A DNA stretch of 64,000 nt. It comes from Allosphingosinicella sp. GTDB lineage: Bacteria; Pseudomonadota; Alphaproteobacteria; Sphingomonadales; Sphingomonadaceae. Position 1 is the stretch's first letter. Every line of letters begins with the position of its first letter. The notes beneath the pieces were generated by a model. It worked only from the letters and a program-made list of their open reading frames with translations, was not told the origin of the DNA and searched no databases. The stretch lies in assembly GCA_036387555.1 (NCBI GenBank), contig DASVTN010000014.1, positions 1,734 through 65,733 on the forward strand, in the 5' to 3' direction. Positions 9,213 through 19,470 of this stretch are shown piece after piece. Both the position numbers and the translations under genes were made by a program.

Positions 9213-10583
9213 GTGCAAGGTCGAATCACCCTCTCAGCCCTCAAGTCTTTGTCCTCCAGCTGCAAAGGCCGCAAGCGCGTCTTCCTCTGGGACACCGAAG
9301 TCAGAAAGTTCGGCGCCTACCGAAACAGCACAGGCGCCGTCGTCTTCGTCTACCAGTTTCGAATGCACGCGAGCCGCTCCACGGAGCGGCTCACGATCGG
9401 CAAGCTTGGCTCCCTAACACCCGACCAAGCCCGCTCGATCGCAGCCACCGCAGCCCTCAAGGTCGCCAACGGGATCAACCCCGTGGAGGAACGGCGGCAG
9501 CTGCAGAAAAAGCGCGAAGTCGACGAAGCCCTGCTGCTCAAAAACTTCGCGCTCGAATACCTGAAGGTGCGAGTGGACGAGCCCAAGCTCAGATCAGCCC
9601 CAACCGTTCGCGCCACCATCATCAACGACATCTGTCCTCACCTGGGTGAGGTGCCGCTCGCGAACATCGACGTCGCAAAGACCCAGAAGATGCTCGCCCA
9701 GCTCAGACTGCGCTCACCCAGCGCCGCTCGCTCCGCTTTGGTCCAACTCAAGGCCATGCTCGCCTACGCACGAACCCTGGGCAAAATCGACCGCGTCGCC
9801 ATCGACATCCTAAAGCCCGAGAAGACCAAATCGCGCAGCCGCATGCTGCAGCCTCGCGAGATCCGACGCTTCATCGAAGCAGCTCACGACCTCGGCGGCG
9901 CCCGCGGAGATGCCTTCCTGTGCATCCTCCGGCTCGTCAAGCGAGTGAACGAGGTCGCCCGGATGGAATGGAAAGAACTCGATCTCGACTCCCGAACCTG
10001 GGTGCTGCCAGCCGAACGCTCCAAGAATTACGAACCCCAGACGATCTTACTTCCCTCGGCCGTCGTCGAGTTGATCGAGCGGCAGCAGCCCGACGCCTCG
10101 GCCCGCCGCGGTTTCGTCTTCTCCCTGGACGGCAAGAGCCCAGTGACCCTCGGCGGCAAGATGAAGGACACCATCGACGCGTATATGCACCGGCGAATCG
10201 AACTGGCAGGACAAGCCGGGCGGCCGATGAACGCTGTCGCCCCATACGTGATCCATGACCTGCGCCGAGCTGGAGCCACAACCCTTCAGCGCAAGCCCTT
10301 CAGGTTACCTCCATACGTAATCGAGGCTCTGCTCCATCACACGACCGGCAGGACACCGCTCATGAAGACTTACCAACTGGACGAAGGCGTTGAAGAAGTC
10401 GCAGATGCTTTGATCACATGGAACAGATACCTCAACGAACTCATGGCAGACCAAGACGCGTGGCCAGGAGGCCGTCATTTGCAGCCCCTGAGCAAAGAGG
10501 AAATGACCACCAGGACCGCAGCGCTACGCGCGACCTGGCCAAAGGGGGCCAAGAGTGAAGGAAAATCCGGCGGCAGCGGCTGA
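9213..10583 (+). CDS. Tyrosine recombinase/integrase with N-terminal arm-binding domain
   Basis: GTG start after AGGAG; LWDTEVRKFG...RLTIGKLGSLT arm domain; catalytic R (KRVNE), K (SKN), HDLRR, H (LLHH), Y (KTYQ). Confidence 0.92.
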   Translation: MQGRITLSALKSLSSSCKGRKRVFLWDTEVRKFGAYRNSTGAVVFVYQFRMHASRSTERLTIGKLGSLTPDQARSIAATAALKVANGINPVEERRQLQKKREVDEALLLKNFALEYLKVRVDEPKLRSAPTVRATIINDICPHLGEVPLANIDVAKTQKMLAQLRLRSPSAARSALVQLKAMLAYARTLGKIDRVAIDILKPEKTKSRSRMLQPREIRRFIEAAHDLGGARGDAFLCILRLVKRVNEVARMEWKELDLDSRTWVLPAERSKNYEPQTILLPSAVVELIERQQPDASARRGFVFSLDGKSPVTLGGKMKDTIDAYMHRRIELAGQAGRPMNAVAPYVIHDLRRAGATTLQRKPFRLPPYVIEALLHHTTGRTPLMKTYQLDEGVEEVADALITWNRYLNELMADQDAWPGGRHLQPLSKEEMTTRTAALRATWPKGAKSEGKSGGSG

Positions 10584-11538
10584 GCATCAACTCGACTGGT
10601 CCATCCATGCCCGCCGGTCCGAGTGGCCCACCTCCGCCAAGCTTTTTCTGGCGGAGGCGGTCAGCCGGGCCGGCGCCGCGCTCTGGGACCTATGGGACAA
10701 CGACCTCCCGGGATGGCTGGCGCACCCGAAGGTGCCGAAACTGCCCGACGCAGACGAAGCCTTCGACCGCGATACCCCGATACATGGGATCCACGCCAGG
10801 TTCGCGCCCCACATCCGAAAGATTATCACGGCCGCGGAATACCGCGCACTCTTCGAGGAAGAAGTTCCGCCCACCGTGATCCTCCGCTGGGAGCTCGAAG
10901 AGGACGAAGAAATCACCCGCCCCCATTGGGAGGAGGCGGTCCGGATGTCATACGAACAGGCGCACGAACGCGAATTTGCCGAAAAGGTGATCGCCGACGT
11001 CAGCCGCCTTCTCGGCGAACTTGTCGTCTCCGGGCGAGTCCGAACCTTCGTCCGGCCCCTTGAAGGCGGCCAGCCTCAGCCGATGGCGACATCGCTGTGG
11101 GAGCTCAATGCGCGGATCCGAATTGCAACCTGCGCCCTCAACCTCGACGACCCGTTCACCCATAGCCTCCCGCCAACGCACCATATCTTCGTCGAGGAGG
11201 AGGACCTGCAACGCGAGCTGGCGTCGCTCCCTCCCGATCGGAAAATAAACCCTATCCCTGCCCTCTGCGGAAGCACCCTCACCAGGGACGAGGAGGACGC
11301 CTTCGTCAAAGAGCTACTCGACTGGCTGAGCGGCATGATGGAGAAGCCGCCCGAAGGCACCCCCTGGCGCCACCAGAATTGGAGATACGAACGCTTTGCC
11401 AATGCCGCCACCGACCGCTTCGGCGAGCGTTACAACGAAAGCAATTTCAAGCGGGCCTACAGATATGCCCAGGCGAAGTTCCCTCATTTCTCCAAACGGG
11501 GGCGACCGCCAAAAGACGATCCGACAATTCGAGATTAA
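10555..11538 (+). CDS. Hypothetical protein of the integrative element
   Basis: 327-aa ORF overlapping integrase end, C-terminal KRGRPP basic motif. Confidence 0.7.
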   Translation: MKENPAAAAEHQLDWSIHARRSEWPTSAKLFLAEAVSRAGAALWDLWDNDLPGWLAHPKVPKLPDADEAFDRDTPIHGIHARFAPHIRKIITAAEYRALFEEEVPPTVILRWELEEDEEITRPHWEEAVRMSYEQAHEREFAEKVIADVSRLLGELVVSGRVRTFVRPLEGGQPQPMATSLWELNARIRIATCALNLDDPFTHSLPPTHHIFVEEEDLQRELASLPPDRKINPIPALCGSTLTRDEEDAFVKELLDWLSGMMEKPPEGTPWRHQNWRYERFANAATDRFGERYNESNFKRAYRYAQAKFPHFSKRGRPPKDDPTIRD

Positions 11539-11661
11539 TTCGCCGAAAATTGCGCAAGGCATTTCCTAACGGCCCCGCGCCGCCCGAAATTTATCTGCCG
11601 TGACCAGGGTACACAGTCCTTCTGCAGCCAATCCCGGCCAACAGCAGAAAAGGACCCACCC

Positions 11662-11904
11662 GTGATCATCGAAGTACCCAACGATGTCGACCGCATCTTC
11701 ATCAGCCCCCGGATGATCGATACAGCCACCGCAGCGGCTTACCTCGGTCTAGCCAAGAACACGCTCGAGAAGATGCGCCTCTACGGAGGGGGGCCCCGAT
11801 TCTCCAAGTACGGCCGCGCCGTCCGCTATAATATCGACGAGCTCGACGCCTGGATCGAGAAGAACAGCGCCGCCTCCACCAGCGAGCACTGGAAAGCCGC
11901 CTGA
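11662..11904 (+). CDS. AlpA/excisionase-like helix-turn-helix protein
   Basis: TATAAAYLGLAKNTLEKMRLYGGGPRFSKYGRAVRYNIDELDAWIE. Confidence 0.88.
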   Translation: MIIEVPNDVDRIFISPRMIDTATAAAYLGLAKNTLEKMRLYGGGPRFSKYGRAVRYNIDELDAWIEKNSAASTSEHWKAA

Positions 11905-11998
11905 GCCCGGCAATCGCCGTAGATTCCGAGATGCCATAGTCGAGTGAGCAAGAGCCGGGAGGAAAATCCGCGGCCTTGCTCCTCGACAAGGCCGCGAG

Positions 11999-12994
11999 GT
12001 GCATGTGACCCAACCCCACTCCGAAAACCGATCGCCGCAGCGACACCCGCCGATCGACGTCCAGCGTCTGAAGGACAGCATTCGCCTCAGCGACGTCGTC
12101 TCTCAACACGTCAAGCTCAGGCCCTCCGGCCGAAGCCGCAGCGGCTGCTGCCCCTTTCACGACGATCGCAATCCCAGCTTTGTCGTCACCGACGACATCG
12201 GCCTCTATTATTGCCACGGATGCCACGCCACCGGCGACGTCATCGACTTCGTGCGCGCAATCCACCGCTGCGGCTTCCTCGATGCCGTGAAGCATATCTG
12301 CGGAACGCTTCCGGCCCTCTCCGTCGCCCGCAACCGCGAACGCACCAAAAAGCTCGACCGAGCTCATCTCGTCATGACCATGAACTACGCTCGCTTCCAG
12401 TGGCAGGATTCGGTGCCGATCGAAGGCACGCCGGCCGAGCGATACCTGCGCCGGCGAGGCATAGAGGGCTCAATCCCGCCAATGCTGAAATACGGACGGG
12501 TACCGCTGTGGGTCGACCCCAGGACCGGCAAGAAGGGCCCGATGAACCACGCGCTCGTCGCAGGGTGCCAGGACGTCAGCGGCCGCGTCACGGGCATCCA
12601 CAAGACCCTGCTTCGAGCCGACGGCCAGCTCGCCGAAGTCCGCTCTCCCAAGCAGAGCCTGGGACAGATCCGGGGCGGAGCCGTTCGCCTGGGGCCCGAG
12701 GCAAGCGAGGTCATCGTCTGCGAAGGCCCCGAAGACGGGCTCACAATCCACGAGCTGCTGCCCTCGACACCCGTGTGGGTCGCGCTGGGAACCGGCAACA
12801 TGCCGAACATGATCCTGCCGCCAGGCATCAAGCGCGTCCTCGTCGCCGGCGACAACGACAAAGCAGGCCGAGCGGCCGTTGAACGGGCCTGCGCAGCCTT
12901 TCGAACCCAAGGGAGGCACGCCGCGGCCATCTTCCCCGGGCATGCCTTCGGCGACTTCAACGACCAACTGCGCGAACTCGCGAAAGAGGACTGA
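11999..12994 (+). CDS. DNA primase-like protein (CHC2 zinc finger + Toprim)
   Basis: CPFHDDRNPSF...CHGC zinc finger; YLRRRGI; CEGPEDG and GDNDKAG Toprim motifs. Confidence 0.9.
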   Translation: MHVTQPHSENRSPQRHPPIDVQRLKDSIRLSDVVSQHVKLRPSGRSRSGCCPFHDDRNPSFVVTDDIGLYYCHGCHATGDVIDFVRAIHRCGFLDAVKHICGTLPALSVARNRERTKKLDRAHLVMTMNYARFQWQDSVPIEGTPAERYLRRRGIEGSIPPMLKYGRVPLWVDPRTGKKGPMNHALVAGCQDVSGRVTGIHKTLLRADGQLAEVRSPKQSLGQIRGGAVRLGPEASEVIVCEGPEDGLTIHELLPSTPVWVALGTGNMPNMILPPGIKRVLVAGDNDKAGRAAVERACAAFRTQGRHAAAIFPGHAFGDFNDQLRELAKED

Positions 12995-13150
12995 AACAGG
13001 GGTAATTTGTCCCTTCTTCAGGGCGAGGGGGCCGGAGCCCCTGTGTTGAAACGCTCCGGCCCCGCCCCCGCCGGAGAGGAAGTCCAACGGCGGGGGAAGT
13101 CTTGGGTTCTGTAGGATCGACGAAGATCGGTGCGATCTCCTGGCCGCCCC

Positions 13151-13816
13151 TCAGAACGACGGCTTGTTCATCTTCGGGTAGAGTCGCTCGGCCTCCGCCC
13201 TGACCGCCGCCTCGTGCGCCCGGTCCGCCCGTTGCCCCTGACGAAGCTCGAGGCTGCGATTCATCACGTCCATGACGCGAACGGTGAGGCTGGGGAGGTC
13301 GTTCTCGACCAGAGAACCGGTGCGGGAGCAGCGCGGCTCCCTAGGGGAGCAATATAAGCTCTCAAACCGCCATTCGAGAGACGGCCGCCCATAGCGGCTC
13401 AGCACAGCGCGCTGAAAGCTCTCAGCCTCGATCGCGCCGAATTGGATCTTGTAATGGACCCGAGAAACATAGGGGCCCAGTCTTCCCGGCGTATAGGTGA
13501 CTTGCACCTGCTCCTGCCCGACCCGGTAATCCTCCCTCGCTGTCACCTCAGCACCCGCCGGAGTACGCGCGGACCTGAGGTTCGATACCTGGTTCGCGAC
13601 TTCGCCCTGCCATGAGCGCCCTTTTGAGCGAAAGGAGAGTTGGAAGCCGTCCTCCTTCAGCGCTGCGGCAACCTCTGCCGGCGTCATCCCGAGTCCCACA
13701 CCCGAAATCTTCCACGGCGCCGTCGGAACGGCTGCCGTTCTCGCACCCGAAGGCACTTGGGCCGACGACCCACTCGCGACGAGCAGTGCCAGTAATGTCG
13801 TTGCCGCTATTCTCAT
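13151..13816 (-). CDS. Hypothetical secreted protein
   Basis: Signal peptide MRIAATTLLALLVASGSSA; ISGVGLGMT motif. Confidence 0.7.
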   Translation of the reverse strand: MRIAATTLLALLVASGSSAQVPSGARTAAVPTAPWKISGVGLGMTPAEVAAALKEDGFQLSFRSKGRSWQGEVANQVSNLRSARTPAGAEVTAREDYRVGQEQVQVTYTPGRLGPYVSRVHYKIQFGAIEAESFQRAVLSRYGRPSLEWRFESLYCSPREPRCSRTGSLVENDLPSLTVRVMDVMNRSLELRQGQRADRAHEAAVRAEAERLYPKMNKPSF

Positions 13817-14420
13817 CCCACGGTTCCCATCGCTGCGCCGACGGCGGACAGCCGGCGGCATCTCCCGAAATTTGAGGCGATGCCGGCCCTTGGAACCGGA
13901 TGTTTGAATCCTGCTGTGACACAGGCGCGAACGCCTTTAGCCGGGTGGCCTGGACATACGCGTCCGCCATCCGGTCGACCCAAAGAAGGCCGCTTGCCAG
14001 CTGTCACAGCAGGGGATTCAACGCCCCTACCCTCCCGCTCTCGCGAGGGGCCCGGAGAATAAGCCAGCTTCCCGCCAGAAACGCAAGACTGCAACCCGTT
14101 GAGGCAGATGCTCATACCCGCATGGGCTCACCAGGCGACCATTGCCCTTTCGGTGACGACCGCCGAGAGCGTCTGCGCGATGATCTGGCGGCTGCAAGGA
14201 AAATAGGCCCAACCGGCACCCCGCCAAGCATTCGCTCTCCAATCGGACATTGGAGCGATCAAACCATAGGAATCTCTTGCGGCGGAGCCCGAGTCCGGTG
14301 AAGCTAGAACATTGAGAATCGAGGAGGTCCCGCGTTGTCAGGCTTGATCAGGATCGTTCTGCCGAAGTGCACGAGTGCCGCTATTAACATTTGTGGCTTC
14401 GAAACAGAGCGCCACGCCTG

Positions 14421-16427
14421 ATGATCAGCGTCCCTAGATTGGATCGCCTCGATGTCGAAGGATACGGCCTCTACCCAGGCATCCCTAATACGGCCGGCGA
14501 GAGCACTGGCCTTCACGCGGAGTTTGGAAACGGTCTTTCGCTTATTATTGGAGCGAACGGCCTGGGCAAAACTACACTAATCAAGCTGATCTACCGCATG
14601 ATCGGCGGCCCATATGACATTCCTAGTCTCGCCGCAGGCGAGGAATTGGGCAACCGTCGGCTGGAAGCAACGCAGCTGCCACCTTACGAACGAACGATGT
14701 TCGCCGCGCGCGTTGCCGACCGTGCAGCATCGGCCACAGCGACCCTGTCGCTCGTGTTCGGCGACAAACATTTCATAATCACTCGGAACTTGTCGAACCT
14801 GTCTCTGGCTGCAGTATCGGTCAACTCCGGGGAGCGCGAGGCGATTGGGGAAGATGCCTACCAAACGATGATCTGCGATGCAGCTGGCGTGGGGTCTTTT
14901 GGCGATCTTCTCCTCATGCTGCGATACCTCGTCTTTTACTTCGAGGATCGGCGCGCACTGGTCTGGGACCAGACGGCGCAGCGTCAGCTGCTGCGAATGC
15001 TTTTCCTTCCCCCAGCTCAGGCGCAGGAGTGGACTGCGCATGAGCGCGTGATCCTCACCAAGGACAGCGACGTGCGCAACTTCCAGGCCGTAGTCGGCAA
15101 GGAGGAGCGGGAACTCACCAAGAACGTGAGAAAGTCGCAGAGCGCGACCGCGCTGCGCGCGGAGCTGGGGTCGCTCGAGGGCGTTCAGGAAAACGACCGA
15201 CAGCGCCTTCAGGACATCAGCGCATTCACGGCCGACCTCGACAACGCAAGACAACAGGCGCGCGCAGCACATCTCGAAGCGCAGCAGGATCGCGAGAGCC
15301 GCTTCCGCTCCCTTGAAGAGGCGAAGCTGTTGGCGATCCAAGCGCGCTTCCCGGAAGTAGCCTCGACCGGCCGCTACATTTTAGCGCAGCTGATGACCGA
15401 CCACGAATGCCTTGTATGCGGAACGCACAACGACGCGGCGGCAGCGGCTTATGCGGAGCGGATCGAGAAAGACCTTTGCGTCGTATGCTCGACGCCGCTT
15501 GCAACAGTCGAGGGGATAGTCGAGCAACGTACGGTGGCGGACGAGCGCGTGTCAAAGCGCGTCCGGGCGCTGGAGGCCGCCGATAAGACGCTGTTGGGTG
15601 CGACAGCAGCAAGGCACGCCGCTGAAAGCGAATTCGATGCCCACTGGCGCACCGTTGCACGGCTGGAGGCGGATATCGCCGAGCGAGCTTCGAGGATCAA
15701 TGCGATCGTCGATGCACTGCCGCCGAGCGAACTGGCCATGCGCGAGCAACGTGACGATCTCTCGCGGCTGCGAGGCCTGCTTGAGGCCCGCAAGGGTGAG
15801 TTGGCCGACCTACGGCGGGCATTCGCCGCGTTCGTCGCCGAGCGACGTGACGACTTGATGCAACAGGCCGGCAACATCTCAACCTATTTCGGCGAGTATG
15901 CGTCCGGTTTTCTGTCAGAGCAGATTTCTCTGACCTGGTCGTCATATCGAGCGCGGCTGGGTCAGACGGGCGACCTGATTGAGTTTCCAGCGTTCGATCT
16001 CGAGATGTCGGGAAGCGACTTTGGTGCCAGCGTTCGCCGGGCTGGGCCGAATGATGTGTCGGAAAGCCAGCGCGAATTCATCGATCTCGCATTTCGAATG
16101 GCGATGATGCGGGCGGCCAGCGCAGATGGTTCAGCGAGCCTTGTTATCGACACACCGGAGTCGTCGCTCGACGCCGTGTTTGCCAAACGTGCAGGCGACA
16201 TCCTGATTCGTTTCGCCGATGGCGAAGGTAACAGTCTGATCATCACTTCGAATCTGGTCGAAGGAAGCCTGATTCCCACCCTTGCAGATGGCCTCAAGCG
16301 ATATCCCGAACCACGCCAGCGGCTCGTCGATCTGTTTGCACTAGCCAGGCCCACAGCAGCCGTGCTTGCTGAGCCGCAAGCTTATGCGGATGTGCGCTTG
16401 AAGCTTCTCGGACCAGAGCTATCGTGA
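14421..16427 (+). CDS. SMC/Rad50/DndD-like ABC ATPase with coiled coil
   Basis: Walker A GANGLGKTT, long coiled coil with two CxxC (CLVC, CVVC), signature SESQR, Walker B LVIDTPESSLD. Confidence 0.88.
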   Translation: MISVPRLDRLDVEGYGLYPGIPNTAGESTGLHAEFGNGLSLIIGANGLGKTTLIKLIYRMIGGPYDIPSLAAGEELGNRRLEATQLPPYERTMFAARVADRAASATATLSLVFGDKHFIITRNLSNLSLAAVSVNSGEREAIGEDAYQTMICDAAGVGSFGDLLLMLRYLVFYFEDRRALVWDQTAQRQLLRMLFLPPAQAQEWTAHERVILTKDSDVRNFQAVVGKEERELTKNVRKSQSATALRAELGSLEGVQENDRQRLQDISAFTADLDNARQQARAAHLEAQQDRESRFRSLEEAKLLAIQARFPEVASTGRYILAQLMTDHECLVCGTHNDAAAAAYAERIEKDLCVVCSTPLATVEGIVEQRTVADERVSKRVRALEAADKTLLGATAARHAAESEFDAHWRTVARLEADIAERASRINAIVDALPPSELAMREQRDDLSRLRGLLEARKGELADLRRAFAAFVAERRDDLMQQAGNISTYFGEYASGFLSEQISLTWSSYRARLGQTGDLIEFPAFDLEMSGSDFGASVRRAGPNDVSESQREFIDLAFRMAMMRAASADGSASLVIDTPESSLDAVFAKRAGDILIRFADGEGNSLIITSNLVEGSLIPTLADGLKRYPEPRQRLVDLFALARPTAAVLAEPQAYADVRLKLLGPELS

Positions 16428-17086
16428 CCGAGCTGCGGTCAATCGACGCCGGCACCAAGCTACGCCAGCAGGTCCGTCTGCTGGTCCTCCTCGATGCAGT
16501 TTGTGCAGCGGGCTTATCGCCGATTCCGGTGATGCGCCTGCACATCATCGCCTACATGTCCGACGTGCTATCGCCGGTCTGGAATCTCATTCCCTACGAA
16601 GGAGAAGTCTATAAACGGTCCCAAGGACCGTTCTATCCCGAGCTCCAGCACGACTTGGATCGGCTCGTCGGCCGCGGTATGGTGAATGTCGAGCGCATAA
16701 CGCATGTATCCGTGGGCGTCGACCGAGCCCGCATCGACGCGCACTACTCGATCAATCGTGAGCTTGCCGGTCCGGTTCTCGACCTGCTCCCTTTGCTGCC
16801 GCAGGAGGAGGAGCCGACAGCGTTCATGCGCGAGCTGACCTTAGCGCTTTCGTCGATGTCCGACGACGATATCGACCGCGCCTTCGAACAGGACGCCACC
16901 TATTCCAATCGGAAGATTGGCAACAAAAACGTCATCGAATTTCATGAGGTGCGCGATCTCAACTACACTGCCAATGCAGCTCGGGCGATCGGTAACCTAG
17001 TTCCCACCAAGGCGGTCGTTGGCGCCGGTGAGAAGGTGCATCTCTATGTTCGGCATCTACGCGCGAGGCTGAATGGCGCACGCTGA
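16424..17086 (+). CDS. Hypothetical protein, candidate winged-helix 'middle component' of ABC three-component system
   Basis: Overlaps both neighbours; GPFYPELQHDLDRLVGRGMV wHTH-like segment. Confidence 0.6.
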   Translation: MTELRSIDAGTKLRQQVRLLVLLDAVCAAGLSPIPVMRLHIIAYMSDVLSPVWNLIPYEGEVYKRSQGPFYPELQHDLDRLVGRGMVNVERITHVSVGVDRARIDAHYSINRELAGPVLDLLPLLPQEEEPTAFMRELTLALSSMSDDDIDRAFEQDATYSNRKIGNKNVIEFHEVRDLNYTANAARAIGNLVPTKAVVGAGEKVHLYVRHLRARLNGAR

Positions 17087-18149
17087 TCTAGGGCCGTGGA
17101 GGGGGGCCAAACTCGGAGAAACGGTAGCCGCCTACGGCGGCGTCGGCGCCGATGACGACCTGCCCGACGCGCTTCGCTTCGCGCGGGGCGTCGGAAAGCT
17201 GATCGTAAAACGTCGGCGCCTGGCGGGAGCGACGATGAGAACGGATGCGATCAGCGTCTTCATTCTACGGCCGGAGGGATCGCCTGGGTCCGATGCCGTC
17301 CGCGAACCATTGCTCGGCGACGGAGGGATCGAGGTGGCCGGCAGGATTTGGTTCGTCGGCGCCACAGCACAGTCCGGACGCTTCATCGAGCCCCCGTCAA
17401 CCTCAGATGGCGACGTGTTCGACCATGTCGAAGCGATCGGCTGTGGCAACTATCCGGCAGTTGTTTTCAATCCCACCGTTCAGCCTCCGACCCTTCGCTT
17501 CTACCAGAAGGGGCTTGCCGCAGAGCACGACGTCGAGGTCATTGAGATCACCAACATGGCCGTGACGGTTGAACGGGTCGAGGCAATCTTGGATCGCATG
17601 TGGCAGAATAGCTTCCGCACCCCCGACGCGCAGATCGACAAAGGCTCGGGAGTCTGGGCGGACCCGGCGAAATACTGGGCGAAAAGCGAGGCCGAAAAGA
17701 TCGTCCAATCTCATATCAAAACGGCGCTCGCGGTCGCGTTGGTCGACTGTGTAATACGCCACGAACAGTCGATGGGACGAGGCCGGGTCGACATCGAAAT
17801 CGAGCAGCCCACCGACGATGATCCACCGAGGTGGATCCGACCTATGGAGATCGAAGTTAAGGTGTTGCGCGAGCGAGGCTCAACGGGGCGCAAGCGAACG
17901 GAGCCTTCGGTTCACCGTTGGATCGGCCACGGTATCAGGCAGGCAGCCGCTTATCGAGATGAGCGCGGCGCTGAACATGGTATGCTGTGCTGCATCGACA
18001 TGCGGGCAAACGACCTCGAGGAGGATTTCTGCCCAGCTACCACGAGGCAGCGCGCAGCCGATCACAACGTCGTGATGTTTCGCCGTTTTCTCTACAATAG
18101 CTCCGATGCGTTGCGGCTCACCGAATATGGTGGGGACGAAGACGGTTAG
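17073..18149 (+). CDS. Putative PD-(D/E)XK nuclease effector
   Basis: C-terminal HEQ...GRVDIEI...IEVK...GIRQAAAY restriction-endonuclease-like motif set. Confidence 0.65.
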   Translation: MAHADLGPWRGAKLGETVAAYGGVGADDDLPDALRFARGVGKLIVKRRRLAGATMRTDAISVFILRPEGSPGSDAVREPLLGDGGIEVAGRIWFVGATAQSGRFIEPPSTSDGDVFDHVEAIGCGNYPAVVFNPTVQPPTLRFYQKGLAAEHDVEVIEITNMAVTVERVEAILDRMWQNSFRTPDAQIDKGSGVWADPAKYWAKSEAEKIVQSHIKTALAVALVDCVIRHEQSMGRGRVDIEIEQPTDDDPPRWIRPMEIEVKVLRERGSTGRKRTEPSVHRWIGHGIRQAAAYRDERGAEHGMLCCIDMRANDLEEDFCPATTRQRAADHNVVMFRRFLYNSSDALRLTEYGGDEDG

Positions 18150-18150
18150 A

Positions 18151-19452
18151 TCAGGGCCGACGGAGCACGACCAGACTCTCAGCCAACTGCCGTTGACCCC
18201 CCTGCTGCGCCGATGCTCGCATGTCGCGCAGCACTTCGAGGCGATCGACCTCGAGGCCTAAGACCGGTGCCAACTCAGTGAGGATCTCGGCCACGGGCAC
18301 TGGTATGTTTGCATACCGGCTGTCTCCAACCACCATCCAGATCGTTCCCTGGGGCGCCAGTGCCGCAGCTACTTCGCTGATCACGCCACCCATGTCATTG
18401 AAGTAGGAGCCGACCATCTCAGGAATTCGACGGTTCCAGAGCTTGGCCCGGGCGCTCTCAAGCGCGGCCATCGTCTCGTCGAGCAGCACCGATCCCGTTG
18501 GCGCCGCGGCGAAGGCGCGATCGACTTGAACGTGGGAAGAAACGGTCGATTGGCGCAGACGCCGGTTGCCCTCAGCGTCGGTCAGATACCCGAGCATCCA
18601 GAGTTCGATGTTGTAAACGTCTGTGTAGTCGAAGGAATTGGGATAAGGCGGCGAGAAGATCGCGATGTCGCAGCTCCCACAGACGGCAAGCGCGCCGCGG
18701 CAATCTCCCCGGACGATCTCGTATCCGGATTCACGACGGCGCGCGAACTTGTCGATTTCTGTGATAGCTGCAGTCGCGGCCTCAGCGAATGCGGCATCGA
18801 CATCCGCGCCGACGCGTCGGTGCGCGTCCCAGCCCCGCCGATAACGGCGACCCTTGCCGTTGACGACAGCATTGCTCACGCCGATCATAATGCCACCGAG
18901 CAGCACAGTGAAAAGGCGACGTGCGGCCGCGTCGGGCAGGCTCTCGATGGCTAGCCGGAAAGCCAGGAGCCGCCGCCCGACCGGCTCGTCGAATATCCAC
19001 CGCCCCGAAACGCCGGGCTCAAGAAAAGTCGGCGGTAAACCGGCCATTGGCGCATCGGTCGCCGGCTCAAAACTGTCGATCGAGCGTAGCAGCCCACCGA
19101 GAGTGGAAATCAGTGAGGGCACATCGTAGCTGGCGAGCTTCGCCTCTATCAGGTCGGCGAGATAGGGGTTCACCTCCATCGTCACCGGCCGAACGCCCAG
19201 GAACTGGCATGCCAGTGCGGTGGTGCCCGACCCTCCAAACGGGTCAAGGCAGGACCTGACCGAAGACGGACTGGAGGTGATGGCCTGCTCCACAATCTCG
19301 GGGGCGAACGCCTCCTTGAAGTGACGCCACTTCTGGAAGGGCAGCACCGGCGCCCCTGCATTCGTGCCGAGCGACGCGACCCTACGGCCATTCGTCCAGG
19401 TTTCGAAGTCGACGAGCATGGCGGTGTCCAACGTTGATAATTCACAATACAT
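18151..19452 (-). CDS. Site-specific DNA amino-methyltransferase (probably N4-cytosine); start may be 19419
   Basis: Motif I LDPFGGSGTT precedes motif IV FSPPY (alpha order). Confidence 0.88.
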   Translation of the reverse strand: MYCELSTLDTAMLVDFETWTNGRRVASLGTNAGAPVLPFQKWRHFKEAFAPEIVEQAITSSPSSVRSCLDPFGGSGTTALACQFLGVRPVTMEVNPYLADLIEAKLASYDVPSLISTLGGLLRSIDSFEPATDAPMAGLPPTFLEPGVSGRWIFDEPVGRRLLAFRLAIESLPDAAARRLFTVLLGGIMIGVSNAVVNGKGRRYRRGWDAHRRVGADVDAAFAEAATAAITEIDKFARRRESGYEIVRGDCRGALAVCGSCDIAIFSPPYPNSFDYTDVYNIELWMLGYLTDAEGNRRLRQSTVSSHVQVDRAFAAAPTGSVLLDETMAALESARAKLWNRRIPEMVGSYFNDMGGVISEVAAALAPQGTIWMVVGDSRYANIPVPVAEILTELAPVLGLEVDRLEVLRDMRASAQQGGQRQLAESLVVLRRP

Positions 19453-19470
19453 ATGTCATGTTAATTATCT

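Noticed and set aside
13860-14400. Short ORFs or oriT in the island spacer
   Set aside because: No convincing RBS, motif or recognisable nic site.
14421-16427. Dnd phosphorothioation system
   Set aside because: ATPase has a DndD-like IDTP motif but no DndA/C/E-like genes are present; the partner is a methyltransferase.
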